Shown one piece after another: positions 1 to 13,433 of a DNA stretch of 64,000 nt. The notes beneath the pieces were generated by a model that searched no databases, was not told the DNA's origin, and saw nothing but the letters and a program-made list of their open reading frames with translations. Origin of the DNA: Eledone cirrhosa. Taxonomy: Eukaryota. Position 1 is the stretch's first letter. Each line of letters starts with the position of its first letter. The translations under genes and the position numbers were made by a program. The stretch is taken from NCBI GenBank assembly GCA_964016885.1, contig OZ024761.1, positions 29,450,001-29,514,000 of the forward strand, read 5' to 3'.

Positions 1-270
1 TGACAGATAGCATCAGCAATGGAAAGACTAATGGAAACATTATTTCCTTGGTCTGATCTGATGATCAGCTCATTTCTTCTGCCAGGAGTTGTGACTGACA
101 GATAGTAGCAGCAATGGAAAAACCAATAAAAACATTGCTGCCTTAGTCAGATCTGATGATCAGCTTTTTTTATTCTGCCAGGAGTTGTGACTGATAGATA
201 TAACATCAGCAATGGAAAGACCAATAAAAACCTTGCTTCCTTGGTCTGATCTGATGATCAGCTCATTTCC
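1..270. repeat. ~95-bp tandem repeat, about 2.7 copies visible (truncated by window edge)
   Basis: Unit tgacagatag..cagcaatggaaa..ggtctgatctgatgatcagctc..gccaggagttgtgac recurs at ~1, ~96, ~192. Confidence 0.85.
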
Positions 271-519
271 ATTTCACATGATATTACTAAGTTTCTCATT
301 ATGAAGCTGGAGTTTAGTTTGGAACATAACTAAATTAAGGTTCTTACACTAAAGTGTGATGGATGGTTTTTAGATAAATATGAAATTATGTGTTGTAGAA
401 CTAAAACTGGTTTCAGGTCGTTTGGTGCCAATAGGTTGCGGACTTGAAACATTTGAAAATTAAAATAACAGGAAATGTGACATCAAAGAAAGAATTGAAA
501 TGTTAAATTGGAGCAACTA

Positions 520-948
520 CAGACATAATCACCACCACCACCACCATCATTATTATCATAACCACCACCAGCCGCACCATTATCACCATCACCACCACTA
601 GCACCGTTAACATCATCACCATCATTATCATTACCACCATCACTATCATCCTCATCACCACCATCATTGCAACCACCACTATCATCATCATCACCACCAT
701 CATTATCACCACCACTATCACCACAGCCACCACCAACACCACCACTATCATCCTCATCACCACTATCATCATCATCACCACCATCATTATCACCACCACT
801 ATCACCACAACCACCACCAACACCACCACTATCATCCTCATCACCACCATCATTACAACCACCACCATCATTATCACCACCACTATCACCACAACCACCA
901 CCATCACCACCACCATAACCACCACTATCATCATCATCATCATCATCA
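520..948. repeat. Degenerate (CAC/CAT)n trinucleotide repeat
   Basis: accacc/atcatc runs; explains the M/V- and P/S-rich ORFs. Confidence 0.95.
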
Positions 949-1079
949 AGAAGTGAGATGTGTTGGGCCCTTAACTCTTAATGGAGTTGTAGAGGCATTG
1001 TATTGATATACACCGAAGGTTGGCGATAACCTCCATACTCCCAGGTAGATATAGGCACGCTCTCAGTCCTCCAACTCTC

Positions 1080-1830
1080 AATCCAGCTGTCACATCCATG
1101 GCTATGACAGCTGGAAAAAGAGAGGTAAAGCTACACCAGTACTTGGGGTGGTACTTTCTACTTGATCCAGCAGAATATCCATGGATATGACAACTGGGAG
1201 AGGCAAGGCCACACCAGTACTGGTTTGGTACTTTCTTTGGAATTGATCCACCAGAACATCCATGGATATAACAGCTGGACAAAAAAAGAGGCAGGACTAC
1301 ACCAGCACTGGTTTGGTACATCATACTTGATCCAATTGTCACATCCATGGATGTAACAGCTGGAAAAAGAGAGGTACTAGTACTGGATTGGTACTTTTTA
1401 CTTGATCCAGCAGAATATCCATGGATATGGTAGCTAGAAAAAAAGAGAGGCAGAACTACACCAGTACTGGTTTGGTACTTTCTTTATACTTGAGCCAGCA
1501 GAGCATCCATGGATGTGACAGCTGGAAAAAGAGAGGCAGAACTGCACCAGTACTGGTTTGGTACTTTCTTTCTACTTGAGCCAGCAGAGCATCCATGGAT
1601 GTGACAACTGGAAAAAGAGAGGCAGAACTGCACCAGTACTGGGGCCTGTACTTTTTTTGTACTTGATCCAGCATAACATCCATGGATGTGACAACTGGAA
1701 AAAGAGAGGCAGAACTCCATCAGTACTGGGGCCTGTACTTTTTTTGTACTTGATCCAGCATAACATCCATGGATGTAAAGGCTGGAAGAAGAGAGGGAGA
1801 TCTATACCAGCAATGGGTTGGTGCTTTCAT
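1080..1830. repeat. ~82-bp tandem repeat, ~9 copies
   Basis: Unit gatccagcag..atccatggatgtgacaactggaaaaagagaggcagaact..ccagtactgg..gtactt repeated. Confidence 0.9.
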
Positions 1831-1851
1831 TTACTAATACCAACAGTTTAA

Positions 1852-2057
1852 CCCTTTAGCATTTACATTACTCTATATATACTATTGTATTTTCACAGTA
1901 AAGGCTTTAACCTCACATAATATCGAATCTATGAGATTTTGATATTTATTTTGAGAACAATACCTTAACATAAGTATGAGCAGCCGGTTACAGCTGGTTT
2001 GAACAGAGTGAGGTGAGAGAGTTCTGGCCGGATATGGCTGGTTTAAATGCTAAAGGA
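1852..2057. mobile_element. piggyBac-type MITE (family PB-A)
   Basis: TTAA on both sides; TIRs ccctttagcattta / taaatgctaaagga; further copies at 6840, 23427, 62720. Confidence 0.85.
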
Positions 2058-2296
2058 TTAAATGTCAAGTGGACCTCGGCAGGATTTGAACTCAGAATGT
2101 ATAAGACCTGGAATATATAACCAACACTCTAATGACTCAACCAAAACTAACCAAATTAATATATGTGTGTGTGTGTATGAATGTATGTGTGTGTGTGTGT
2201 GTGTGTATGTGTGCATGAATGTATATATGTGTGTGCATAAATTTATATGTGTGCGTATGTGTGTGAGTGCATGACTGTATATGTGTGTGTGCATGA

Positions 2297-2328
<32 letters not shown>

Positions 2329-3000
2329 GTGCGTGTGTGTGCACATGAACATATATGTGAGTGTGTGTGCACGCAAGAATATATGTGCATGTGTGTGCAC
2401 GAATGTATGTGTGTGTGTGCGTACGCATGCATGATATATGTGGACATGTGTGTGCATGCATGTGTTTGTATATGAGGATGCGTAACGTGTATGCATGTAT
2501 GTATGTGTGAATATGTATATCTGTATGTATGCCTGTTTATGTATGTATGTATGTGTATATGTATGTGTGTATATATGCATGTATATGTGTGAGTGTGTTT
2601 GCATTCAGAGAGACAATTGGCATTGAGTAAGACCAGGAGTTTTCAGTGTGTGTAAACTGGAGGAAAGAAAAAAAGAGGAGAGGGTAGGAGAGAGGAAGAG
2701 AGAGTGAGAGGGACGAATAAAGAGAAAGATAGGGAGGAGTGACACCTCCCCCGTCTACAGACACCCACACAACTTCCACTGTATGGACATGTAAACATGT
2801 TTATACATTTTCAAACAAATAGTACAATCTGTTACTATCATCATCATTGTCATTTGATATTGTTGTTGTTGATGTTATTGCTGTTGTTAATGTCGGTGTC
2901 CTTGTTGTTAATGTTGTTGTTGTTGTCCTTGTTAATATTATTGTTGTTGTTACTAGTATTATTGTTGTTTTATAAATATTATTATTATTATTATTATTAA

Positions 3001-3198
3001 GGGCGGTGGATTGGCAGTATCGGTAGAGGGTCAGACGCCATGCTTTGATGCATAGAGTTACGGCCCTTGCCATTCTGAGTTCAAATCCCGCCGAGGTTAA
3101 CTTTGCCTTTCATCCTTACGGGGTCGATAAAATAAAGTACCAGTAATGTACTGGGATAATTGCTGACCTTGTGCCAAAAAGTAGAAACAATTATTATT
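3001..3198 (+). mobile_element. tRNA-derived SINE, family A (Nin-like central domain), full length
   Basis: Box A-like tggcagtatcgg, box B gagttcaaatccc, central gcctttcatccttacggggtcgataaaataaagtacc, (ATT)n tail; roughly 20 copies or fragments in the window. Confidence 0.9.
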
Positions 3199-3200
3199 TT

Positions 3201-3740
3201 GTGTGGTGGACAAGGTTGAAAGGGTTAAAGACAGACACTTCCCTCTTTGGTGAATCCCTAATTAACTTTTTCAAGTTTCACTTGAAGAGGAAAGTCAGGG
3301 TGGAGAGGTAAGTGCTGCCTTCTAGCAAGTTTGTTAAAAGGTGGGTGAATGTAGCGAGAATGGTCCAAGTGAATGGGACCGCTCTGAATATACGCCTGTA
3401 GTTTTAAAAATGGAAAAATTGAGAGAAGGCGCTTGCTCTGGTGGTCAGGGTGGCCGTGGTCTTTTGTGTGGTTTTCGCCTCGAGTAACCTTCGGAGGTTT
3501 ACCCCCTATTGGGGAATTTTTCATTGTTTCAATTTTCATTTTTATTGTTTATATATATATATGTTTCTATGTCTTTCCCTTTTCTTTTCTTATATAAATA
3601 ATAAAAATCTTTACACGCACAAAATCCACATCGTACCGTCCTGTACCGTCCTATGTCGTCTGTAATGTTTTTTATCGAAGTCAGCCCTTGTGGCCAATAA
3701 AGAAATCATTATTATTATTATTATTATTATTACTATTATA
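3201..3740 (+). mobile_element. 5'-truncated L1/Tx1-type LINE: ORF2 C-terminus, 3' UTR and tail
   Basis: 3201-3401 translates VWWTRLKGLKTDTSLFGESLINFFKFHLKRKVRVER*VLPSSKFVKRWVNVARMVQVNGTALNIRL* (W..R and F..RW motifs of Tx1/L1 C-termini); then UTR, AATAAA and (ATT)n. Confidence 0.75.
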
Positions 3741-3932
3741 AGTTGTTTTTGTGTCTCCAATTGATGTCCTTGTGGCAAATAAAAGAAATTATTATTACTA
3801 CTACTACTACTACTATATACTACTACTACTGCTGCTGCTACTACTTCTTTCATTGATTCTATTTCCTTGACTTTCTCCCCGGAGTTAACCAAACAAAACT
3901 AATATAATTATTTAAACCAAATAATTTTGTTA

Positions 3933-4039
<107 letters not shown>

Positions 4040-4327
4040 TCATATATATATATATATATATACATACATTCATATATACATATATATACATACATAGTTA
4101 TACATATACAAATATATATACATATATATATAAACATAAATACATAAATATACATAAATATACATATATAAACATGTATATCTAAACATGCATATATATA
4201 TATACATATATATACACACATACACACACACACATATTTATATATATATATATCAATCTCTCTCAGGTGAACAGTTATTTAAAGTAATGTAGCCTCACAA
4301 TGTGGTAAACATCTTTTCAACCACCAC

Positions 4328-4420
4328 AATAATAATAAAGATTTCTTTATTAACCACAAGGGTTTACATAAAGTAGACATTAAGGACAGTGCAGGACAAT
4401 ACAGGACGGTACAAATGGGC
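4328..4420 (-). mobile_element. 3' end of the same L1/Tx1-type LINE
   Basis: Reverse complement gtaccgtcctgta..cccttgtggttaataaagaaatc(tta)n matches 3632-3720. Confidence 0.75.
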
Positions 4421-4845
4421 AATAATAATAATGATTTTTGATTTAAGCACAAGGCCAACAAATTTGGTGAAGAGGAAAGTCAATTAAATTGACCCCAGTG
4501 TATTACTAGTACTTCATTTTATCCATCCCGTAAGGATGAAAGTTAAAGCTAACCTTGGCGGGATTTGAACTCAAATTGTAAGGGAACATAACTGTATGCT
4601 AGAAAGAATGGTGTCCAGCACTCTACCAATACTGCCAATCCATCACCATTGTATCCACAATATCATAATAATAATTGTTTCTACTTTTGGCACAAGGCCA
4701 GCAAATACCCAGTGTATTACTGGTACTTTATTTTATCAACCCCGTAAGGATGAAAGGCAAAGTTAACCTCGACGGGATTTGAACTCGGAACGTAAAGGGC
4801 CGTAACTCTATGCCACAAAGAATGGTGTCCGATGCCAATCCACCG
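4421..4845 (-). mobile_element. Two consecutive SINE family A copies (~4421-4650, ~4667-4845)
   Basis: Reverse-complement box B gggatttgaactc and ggatgaaaggcaaagttaacctc in each. Confidence 0.85.
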
Positions 4846-4919
4846 GTGTTGGCACTTTATTTTATCACCAACGATGATTGCTGATGATAACAATGATAAT
4901 GATAACTATGATGATGATA

Positions 4920-4955
<36 letters not shown>

Positions 4956-5086
4956 GTGGTGGTCGTGATGATGGTAGTGGTGGTAGTAGTGGTGATGATG
5001 ATGATGACGGTGGTGGTGGTGATTATGGTGATGGTGGTGGCAGTAATAATTGTTACTTTATAACATCAACAACATAAACAACCATT

Positions 5087-5120
<34 letters not shown>

Positions 5121-5307
5121 AGGCAAAAAAAAACTAAAACAGAAAATTGGCAATGTTTGACAAGCAATAAACTACTCCAAATCAGGAATTATCCTGCATC
5201 AATGGAGCTTAGTATACAACTAGAAAGAGTTCAAAGAAAATAAATAGAAGGAAATATAATTAAAAAACCTGAAAAAAAAGCAGAAAAATCCAACGAAATA
5301 AAATATC

Positions 5308-6050
5308 CCACCACCACCACCTCATCAACATAACACCAACACCATCACCACCACCATATCAATATCACATCACCACCACCACCACCATATCAATATCACA
5401 CCACCACCACCATATCAATATAACACCATCACCACCACCATATCAATATCACATCACCACCATATCAATATCACACCACCACCACCACCACATCAACATA
5501 ATACCAACACCATCACCACCACCAACACCATTACAATATCACACCACCACCACCATATCAATATAACACCAACACCATCACCATCACCACCATATCAATA
5601 TCACACCATCACCATCACCACTACCACCATATCAATATCACACCACCACCACCATCACTGCTACCACCACATCAACACCACCATTACTACTACTACTACC
5701 ACCACCACCACCACCTCAACACCAGCATCACCAGCAACACCACCATTACCATCGCCAACACCAGCATCACCAGCAACACCACCATTACCATCGCCAACAC
5801 CACCACACCAACACCACCACACCACCACACTGACACCACCATGATCGACATCACAACATCCACATTGACACCACCAACACCCCATCACCAACACTACCAG
5901 CATCACATTGACAGCACCACCACCATCACCGACACCACCAGCACCACCAACACCACCACCACAACGCCATCACCAATGTCACCACCACCGCCTTATCAAT
6001 GTTACTATCACCACCACAACCACCACATCAACATCAACAACAACAACAAA
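5308..6050. repeat. Degenerate (ACC)n-based repeat
   Basis: accaccaccatatcaatatcac units grading into acc/cac runs. Confidence 0.9.
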
Positions 6051-6224
6051 ACCCTCACTAAAAACATAAAATGTAAAACAAAAAAAAAGAAAGAAAATAG
6101 AGAAAATCAAAACAAAACAAAACAGAAATCCTCCTTCATTTATTCATATTTTTAGATTTGTTATGCCATAAACTAGCGTGTAAATATTTCAAATATGATA
6201 CCAAAACATAGTTTAGATGCCGAC

Positions 6225-6259
<35 letters not shown>

Positions 6260-6609
6260 TAATAACGATAATAGTAGTAATAATAGTAATAATAAGAAAA
6301 AGAATAACAACAGAGAGTGGGTGGAGACAGTTGCGGGTTGGGAATGAAAGATAAATTAGTGATATTACAGATAAAAGAATTATTTGCCAAAAAAAAAAAA
6401 TAGTAATAACCAACAAACCGAAACCAAAACAATAACAAAAACAAAAAAAAAACACAAAAAAAAAACAAAAAAAAAACAAAAAAAAATCCATATTTTTGAA
6501 GAAAGAAGAGGAAAAAAGAATTTTGTCAAAAGAAATTCTGAATATGCAAATAATAAACAAAAAGAAATATTTTGTTTTGTTTTTAAATTATAATTTTCTA
6601 ACTTATTTT

Positions 6610-6830
6610 ATAATTCTTTCTAATATTGGCATAAGGTTAACAATTTGGAAGAAAAGGAATAGTTGAATTTAGCAAACCGCCAGTATTTAACTGGTACTTT
6701 GTTTTATCGAACCTGGAAGGATGAAAGGAAAGTTGACCTCTGTGGGATCTGAGATCTGAACATGGAAAGTCATATCTAAATACCACAAAGTAGTTTGTCC
6801 TGCACTTGACCAGTTCTGCTGATCCACCTA
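6610..6830 (-). mobile_element. Older SINE family A copy
   Basis: ggtactttgttttatcgaacctggaaggatgaaaggaaagttgacc. Confidence 0.75.
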
Positions 6831-6839
6831 CCTTCTTAA

Positions 6840-7242
6840 CCCTTTTGCATTCACATTACTCTATATATACAAGGGCTGTGGATTGGCAGTATCGGTAGAG
6901 GGTCGGACGCCATGCTTTCCAGCATAGTTACGTCCCTTTACGATCTGAGTTCAAATCCCGCAGAGGTTGACTTTGCCTTTCATCCTTACAGGGTCGATAA
7001 AATAAAGTACCAGTAATGCACTGGGTAATTGCTGGCCTTGTGCCTAAAGTAGAAACAATTACTCTATATATACTATTATATTTTCAGTATTATTCACATC
7101 AAATCTATGAGATTTTGATAATGTTATTATTTACTTTGAAAACAAGACCTTAACATCAGTATGAGTGGCTAGTTACGGCCGGTTTGGTCAGAAAGAGGGA
7201 AGAGAATTCTGGCCGGATATGGCCGGTTTAAATGCTAAAGGG
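6840..7242. mobile_element. piggyBac-type MITE PB-A interrupted by a SINE
   Basis: ttaa-cccttttgcatt ... aatgctaaaggg-ttaa; body matches 1852-2057 once the SINE is removed. Confidence 0.85.
6873..7057 (+). mobile_element. SINE family A with 16-bp target-site duplication
   Basis: TSD attactctatatatac at 6855-6870 and 7058-7073. Confidence 0.92.
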
Positions 7243-7256
7243 TTAATATATGATAT

Positions 7257-8150
7257 TAATAATTGTTTCTACTTTTGGCACAAGGCCAGCAATTATCCCA
7301 GTGCATTACTGGTACTTTATTTTATTGACCCCGTAAGGATGAAAGGCAAAGTTAACTTCGGCAAGATTTGAACTCAGATTGTAAAAGGCCATAACTCTAT
7401 GCTGCAAATCATGGTGTCCGACTCTAACCAATACTGCCAATCCACCGCCTAATAATATTTATAATAATAGTTTCTACTTTAGGCACAAGGCCAACAATTT
7501 AAAGGGGAGGGGAAAGTCAATTAAATCGACCCCACTGCATTACTCCATGAGGATGAAGGGTAAAGCTAACCTCGGCGGGATTTGAACTCAGAATGTAAAG
7601 GGTCATAACTCTATGCGGCAAAGAATGGTGTCCGATGCTCTACCAGTACTGCCAATCCATGGATTATAATAATAGTTTCTGATTTAGGCTCAAGACCAAC
7701 AAATTGGTGGGAGGGAAAAGTTGATTTTCGACCCCAGTGCATTACTGGTACTTTATTTTATTGACCCCGTAAGGATGAAAGGAAAAGCTAACCTCGGCAG
7801 AATTTGAACACAGAACGTAAAGGGCCATAACTCTACGCTACAAAGCATGGCGTCCGACGCTCTTCTGATACCGCCAACCCACCGCCCTTATAATACTAAT
7901 AATAATAATGTATTTTTAATCATTTTTTAATTGGTGGATTGGCAGTATCGGTAAAGGATCGGACGCCATGCTTTGCAGCATAGAGTTACGGCCCTTTATG
8001 ATCTGAGTTCAAATCCCGCCGAGGTTAACTTTGCCTTTCATCATTACGGGATCGATAAAATAAAGCACCAATAACGTACTGGGGTCGATTTAATCGATTT
8101 TCCCCTCCCCCAAAATTGCTGGCCTTGTGCCTATATAAGAAACCATTATT
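7257..8150. mobile_element. Cluster of four SINE family A copies (three minus, one plus)
   Basis: Minus copies ~7257-7449, ~7462-7660, ~7667-7887; plus copy ~7932-8150. Confidence 0.88.
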
Positions 8151-9453
8151 ATCATCATCAACCAATGAGGGCGCCTTTTGTGTGACATGTGTCATCTCAA
8201 TTCATCTCCTTGACCAAACTATAGCTCTGGGCCAAGCTCAGACCAAGGTTGAGCACACGGCACCATGGCACTTTACCAGTTGGACAATGGTACTTTATTC
8301 TTTATTGATCAACCACGACAAGACGAAAAGCAAAGTTGACCTCAGCAAGATTTGAACTCAGAAACACAGAGTGCCGGAACAAATGCCAAGTCATTTAACC
8401 CAAGACCTTAACGACTCTACCAATTCCTTGCCTCACATTTTGGCAAAACACTGATCAATAATACCCCCCTTGCCCTCCTTTCTCTCTCACCATCTCCCCG
8501 TGCAGCAGAAGCAGCACCATGTTATTACATGGTATCCAACGATGTCTCATAAGAATCAAGGGGAGATAATTACTGACATAACAACATTCAGTGGTTTCAC
8601 TCCCTAGCCATGTTATCCATTTATGGAATTGTCTCGTTATCTCATCTTTTTTTAACACCTGCTACCATATCAAATTACATGCCAACCAGCTGAAAACTAA
8701 ACCCTTCTCTTCTACTTCATTCTTCTCCATATTTCTTCATGCTTCAAACTTCTTTGTTGTTGTTCTTTCATTATCCTTCGTTCATTCTTCTTCTTATTAT
8801 TATTATAAGAAAATCTTGCTTTCTGTTCCAATCAACAGGTTGATCTATTAGTTTCACTTTACAAATTACCTACATACACATGAACAAGACAATCTGTCAG
8901 TCTAACCACCACCACCACCACCACCACCACCACTATCATCACCACCAAATCCACCACCACCATCATGACAACACAACCACCACCACCAAATCAACCACCA
9001 CCATCATGACCAACACAACCACCACCAACATCCCCAACAGAATACCACCACCACCAATACGATTCTATGACAACCTGAATATTCTGTGTTTTTCCTATTC
9101 AACATTCTCATAGCTTTCAAAGTAATCACGTCCACTGACAAAAGGTTTTATACAGGTTTCTGAAGGATTTCATTAGCTAAGTAAAGTGTCACTAACTCTA
9201 GCAATCCCCTTATCTAGTTAAGAATCCCTTATTTGTCCGACAGGAAGAAGTAATCTAACAGAGCTTCATGTCAATTACTTCTTCCACCTGGCTGACATAT
9301 TGTTACATACAACATGTACACAGATTCACAAACACCTTCGGGTAAATATATATATGTGTGTGTGTTTACAAAGGGTAAACAGAAATAACAGAAATAACAA
9401 AGCAAACAACAGAGAAATAAATTAGTTCAACGCTTGATATAGTAGGAAAGGAG

Positions 9454-9489
9454 TCTTAAAGTTTCGGACATTAGTCCTTCATCAGAAGA
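9454..9489 (-). ncRNA. Minimal type I hammerhead ribozyme motif in a Penelope-like pLTR remnant (~9345-9540)
   Basis: Minus strand TCTT-CTGATGA-A-GGAC taat GTCC-GAAA-CT-TT-AAGA: both core boxes, stem II and a 4-bp stem I. Confidence 0.75.
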
Positions 9490-9626
9490 TAAGATGAAAA
9501 AGAAAGATAGAGAGTGATAAAAGAAAGGAATGGAAAACATTTTTTTTAGAAAAAAACTCATGTGTATACCGTTATAAGTATGTATATGTAGAGAGAGGGA
9601 CAGAGTAAGATTATTAAAGCAGCAAA

Positions 9627-9811
9627 GGGCGGTGGATTGGCAGTATCGGTAGAGGGTCGGACGCCATGCTTTCCAGCATAGTTACGTCCCTTTACGATCT
9701 GAGTTCAAATCCCGCCGAGGTTGACTTTGCCTTTCATCCTTACGGGGTCGATAAAATAAAGTACCAGTAACGCACTGGGTAATTGCTGGCCTTGTGCCTA
9801 AAGTAGAAACA
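9627..9811 (+). mobile_element. SINE family A with TSD
   Basis: TSD attattaaagcagcaa at 9610-9625 and 9812-9827. Confidence 0.92.
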
Positions 9812-9876
9812 ATTATTAAAGCAGCAACAAAATAAGTTGTTGGGGAGACAGAATTTACAGATTTCCAAACTTTATA

Positions 9877-9908
<32 letters not shown>

Positions 9909-10008
9909 CAGGGTATCTCCAAAAACGTAAGCATACTTTGATTACCTGTACAGGCAATATTTATTAGAATGCTGCTGAAGTGTGTATACATTTTTTGAGG
10001 ACACCCTA
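9909..10008. mobile_element. ~100-bp Tc1/mariner-type MITE
   Basis: Imperfect TIRs cagggtatctccaaaaa / ttttttgaggacaccct in TA context; copies at ~25857 and ~41774. Confidence 0.8.
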
Positions 10009-10058
<50 letters not shown>

Positions 10059-10075
10059 CGTATTATATACATGTA

Positions 10076-10106
<31 letters not shown>

Positions 10107-10445
10107 CATATATATGAAAAATTATAGTACAAAAATATATATATACAAACAACAACCAGAAAAACAATTTAGAAAAAAAAGAAAATCATTAAAACAAACA
10201 AACAAATAAATAAAATAAAATAAAATAAAACAAAATAAATAAACAATTAAATAACATATTTCTTGAAATGAAAGATTTGTGAAATGAAACGAAAATATAA
10301 GCAAATTCCAGTGACTTATAATTTGATAGATTATTTCATTTCACGTATGATGCAAGGATGTCATTTCAACCATGGTAGTCATCTCAATGTCATGATGAAT
10401 CTATGTATTACTGCTGATTTATAACAGGTAGGGTATGTTGTGTTA

Positions 10446-12315
10446 GGGGGGGGGGGGGGTATGTGGTGTGTGGTGTAGTGTGTAGTGTATGGTGTACGAG
10501 GTGTGTTGTGTAGTGGGTGGTGGTGTGTGGTGTGTAGTGTATGGTGTACGAGGTGTGTTGTGTAGTTGGTGGTGGTGTGTGGTGTGTAGTGTATGGTGTA
10601 CGAGGTGCGTTGTGTAGTTGGTGGTGGTGTGTGGTGTGTAGTGTATGGTGTACGAGGTGCGTTGTGTAGTTGGTGGTGGTGTGTGGTGTGTAGTGTATGG
10701 TGTACGAGGTGCGTTGTGTAGTTGGTGGTGGTGTGTGGTGTGTAGTGTATGGTGTACGAGGTGCGTTGTGTAGTTGGTGGTGGTGTGTGGTGTGTAGTGT
10801 ATGGTGTACGAGGTGTGTTGTGTAGTGGGTGTTGGTGTGTGGTGGGTGTATGTGAGGTGTAGTGTGTACGTGGTGTGTTGTGTAGTGGGTGGTGGTGTGT
10901 GGTGTGTAGTGTATTGTGTACGAGGTGTGTTGTGAAGTGGGTGTTGGTGTGTGGTGGGTGTATGTGAGGTGTAGTGTGTACATGGTGTGTTGTGTAGTTG
11001 GTGGTGGTGTGTGGTGTGTAGTGTATGGTGTACGAGGTGCGTTGTGTAGTTGGTGGTGGTGTGTGGTGTGTAGTGTATGGTGTACGAGGTGTGTTGTGTA
11101 GTGGGTGTTGGTGTGTGGTGGGTGTATGTGAGGTGTAGTGTGTACGTGGTGTGTTGTGTAGTGGGTGGTGGTGTGTGGTGTGTAGTGTATTGTGTACGAG
11201 GTGTGTTGTGAAGTGGGTGTTGGTGTGTGGTGGGTGTATGTGAGGTGTAGTGTGTACGTGGTGTGTTGTGTAGTGGGTGGTGGTGTGTGGTGTGTAGTGT
11301 ATGGTGTACGAGGTGTGTTGTGTAGTGGGTGGTGGTGGTGTGTGGTGTGTAGTGTATGGTGTACGTGGTGTGTTGTGTAGTGGGTGTTGGTGTGTGGTGT
11401 GTAGTGTATGGTGTACAAGGTGTGTTGTGAAGTGGGTGTTGGTGTGTGGTGCGTGTATGTGAGGTGTAGTGTGTAGTGTATGGTGTACGTGGTGTGTTGT
11501 GTAGTGGGTGGTGGTGTGTGGTGTGTAGTGTATTGTGTACGAGGTGTGTTGTGTAGTGGGTGTTGGTGTGTGGTGCGTGTATGTGAGGTGTAGTGTGTAG
11601 TGTATGGTGTACGTGGTGTGTTGTGTAGTGGGTGGTGGTGTGTAGTGTATTGTGTACGAGGTGTGTTGTGTAGTGGGTGTTGGTGTGTGGTGCGTGTATG
11701 TGAGGTGTAGTGTGTAGTGTATGGTGTACGTGCTGTGTTGTGTAGTGGGTGGTGTGTAGTGTATGGTGTACGAGGTGTGTTGTGCAGTGGGTGGTGGTGT
11801 GTGGTGTGTAGTGTATGGTGTACGAGGTGTGTTGTGTAGTGGGTGATGGTGTGTGGTGTGTAGTGTGTAGTGTATGGTGTATGAGGTGTGTTGTGTAGTG
11901 GGTGGTGGTGTGTGGTGGGTGTATGTGAGGTGTATGGTGTACGTGGTGTGTTGTGTAGTGGGTGGTGGTGTGGGATGGGTGTATGTGAGGTGTAATGTGT
12001 AGTGTATGGTGTACGTGGTGTGTTGTGTTGTGGGTGGTGGTGTGTGGTGGGTGTATGTGAGGTGTCGTGTGTAGTGTATGGTGTACGTGGTGTGTTGTGT
12101 AGTGGGTGTTGGTGTGTGGTGGGTGTATGTGAGGTGTAGTGTGTAGTGTATGGTGTACGAGGTGTGTTGTGTTGTGGGTGGTGGTGTGTGGTGGGTGTAT
12201 GTGAGGTGTAATGTGTAGTGTATGGTGTACGTGGTGTGTTGTGTAGTGGGTGTTGGTGTGTGGTGGGTGTATGTGAGGTGTAGTGTGTAGTGTATGGTGT
12301 ACGAGGTGTGTTGTA
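10446..12315. repeat. GT-rich compound minisatellite
   Basis: Modules tgtagtgtatggtgtacgaggtgtgttgtgtagtgggtggtggtgtgtgg repeated with variants; source of the 724-aa H/T/P/Y ORF. Confidence 0.92.
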
Positions 12316-12720
12316 TGGTGGGGGAGTTGAGTCGGGGGTACAGTGTGGTGGCTGTAGTGTGTGTGGGTGTGTGTATATAGTGTGTAGTGTATGTGGAAAT
12401 GAATGTATGTACAATTGATCTATAACAGATAGATGTGTGGTGTGAGATGTGTGGTGGGTGTAGTGTGTGGTGTGTAATGTGTGTGAAGCCATGCTATCAT
12501 GGTAAAGCAGATGATTAATAAATGATATGAATGTATATGTTTGAATTAGTGTATATATATATACACTGCAGCCCACACTCATAATTGAGTATCACCTGGT
12601 TGTATACACCATACTTTCACTAAGGGTTTTTCAGGTGTCCCTGCAATCACAAGCAGTCACAGATACCCTCATGACCCTCCCTCAATCTAGAAGAACATTC
12701 TAGGGTCTGACAGCTGGAAT

Positions 12721-12754
<34 letters not shown>

Positions 12755-12943
12755 AGGAGAAGGAGAATGATAGAGATAGAGAGGGAGAGAGAAAGAACGA
12801 GAGAGAACTGGACCAGCACTGGGCTGGTACATTTTTGGATGACCCAGAAAGGTGGAGAGACAAAGAAATGATCAACAGGATTTGAACTCAAAACACAGAA
12901 ACCTGGCATAGATATCAAATATTAACAACTGCTAAATTAACTG

Positions 12944-13004
<61 letters not shown>

Positions 13005-13398
13005 ACATATGCCAACACATGCATTGAAATATCTTGAGGGTAAAATCGTAAGTCAAGCTTGATTAAAAAAAGCGGAAGAGAATGAGAGGGGGAGAGAGAT
13101 GAGTGAAGTGGAAAAAGAAAGGGTAGAGAGTGTAACAGAGATTAGAAAGAGATGGCTATAAGTGAGTGGGTTTATATTGAAATAATGCTCAGATGAACAG
13201 AGAATATAATGGATGTCTAGTGACTGTGGGATTTGTAATAAGAGAAAAAATTACAGCTAGACAAAAACGTAAAAACATGGCATGAACACAATATGTAGAT
13301 TTAGATGATTAAAAGTGTGTTTGTACTCAGACATGAACAGCTAGAAACAAATAGCTAACTATATAGTCATTATACACACATACATGCTGGCTGTATGT

Positions 13399-13433
<35 letters not shown>

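Noticed and set aside
55-270. CTGATGA in each 95-bp unit as a retrozyme-type hammerhead
   Set aside because: No stem II closing onto a GAAA box and no stem I or III pairing found.
3001-3095. tRNA gene
   Set aside because: A and B boxes belong to SINE heads; no cloverleaf, and the sequence continues into the SINE body.
10408-12582. 724-aa His/Thr/Pro/Tyr-rich ORF
   Set aside because: It is the stop-free strand of a GT-rich minisatellite; no domain or splice evidence.
13165-13335. Possible decayed GIY-YIG coding fragment on the minus strand
   Set aside because: Needs frameshifts and several substitutions to fit; not supportable without a profile search.
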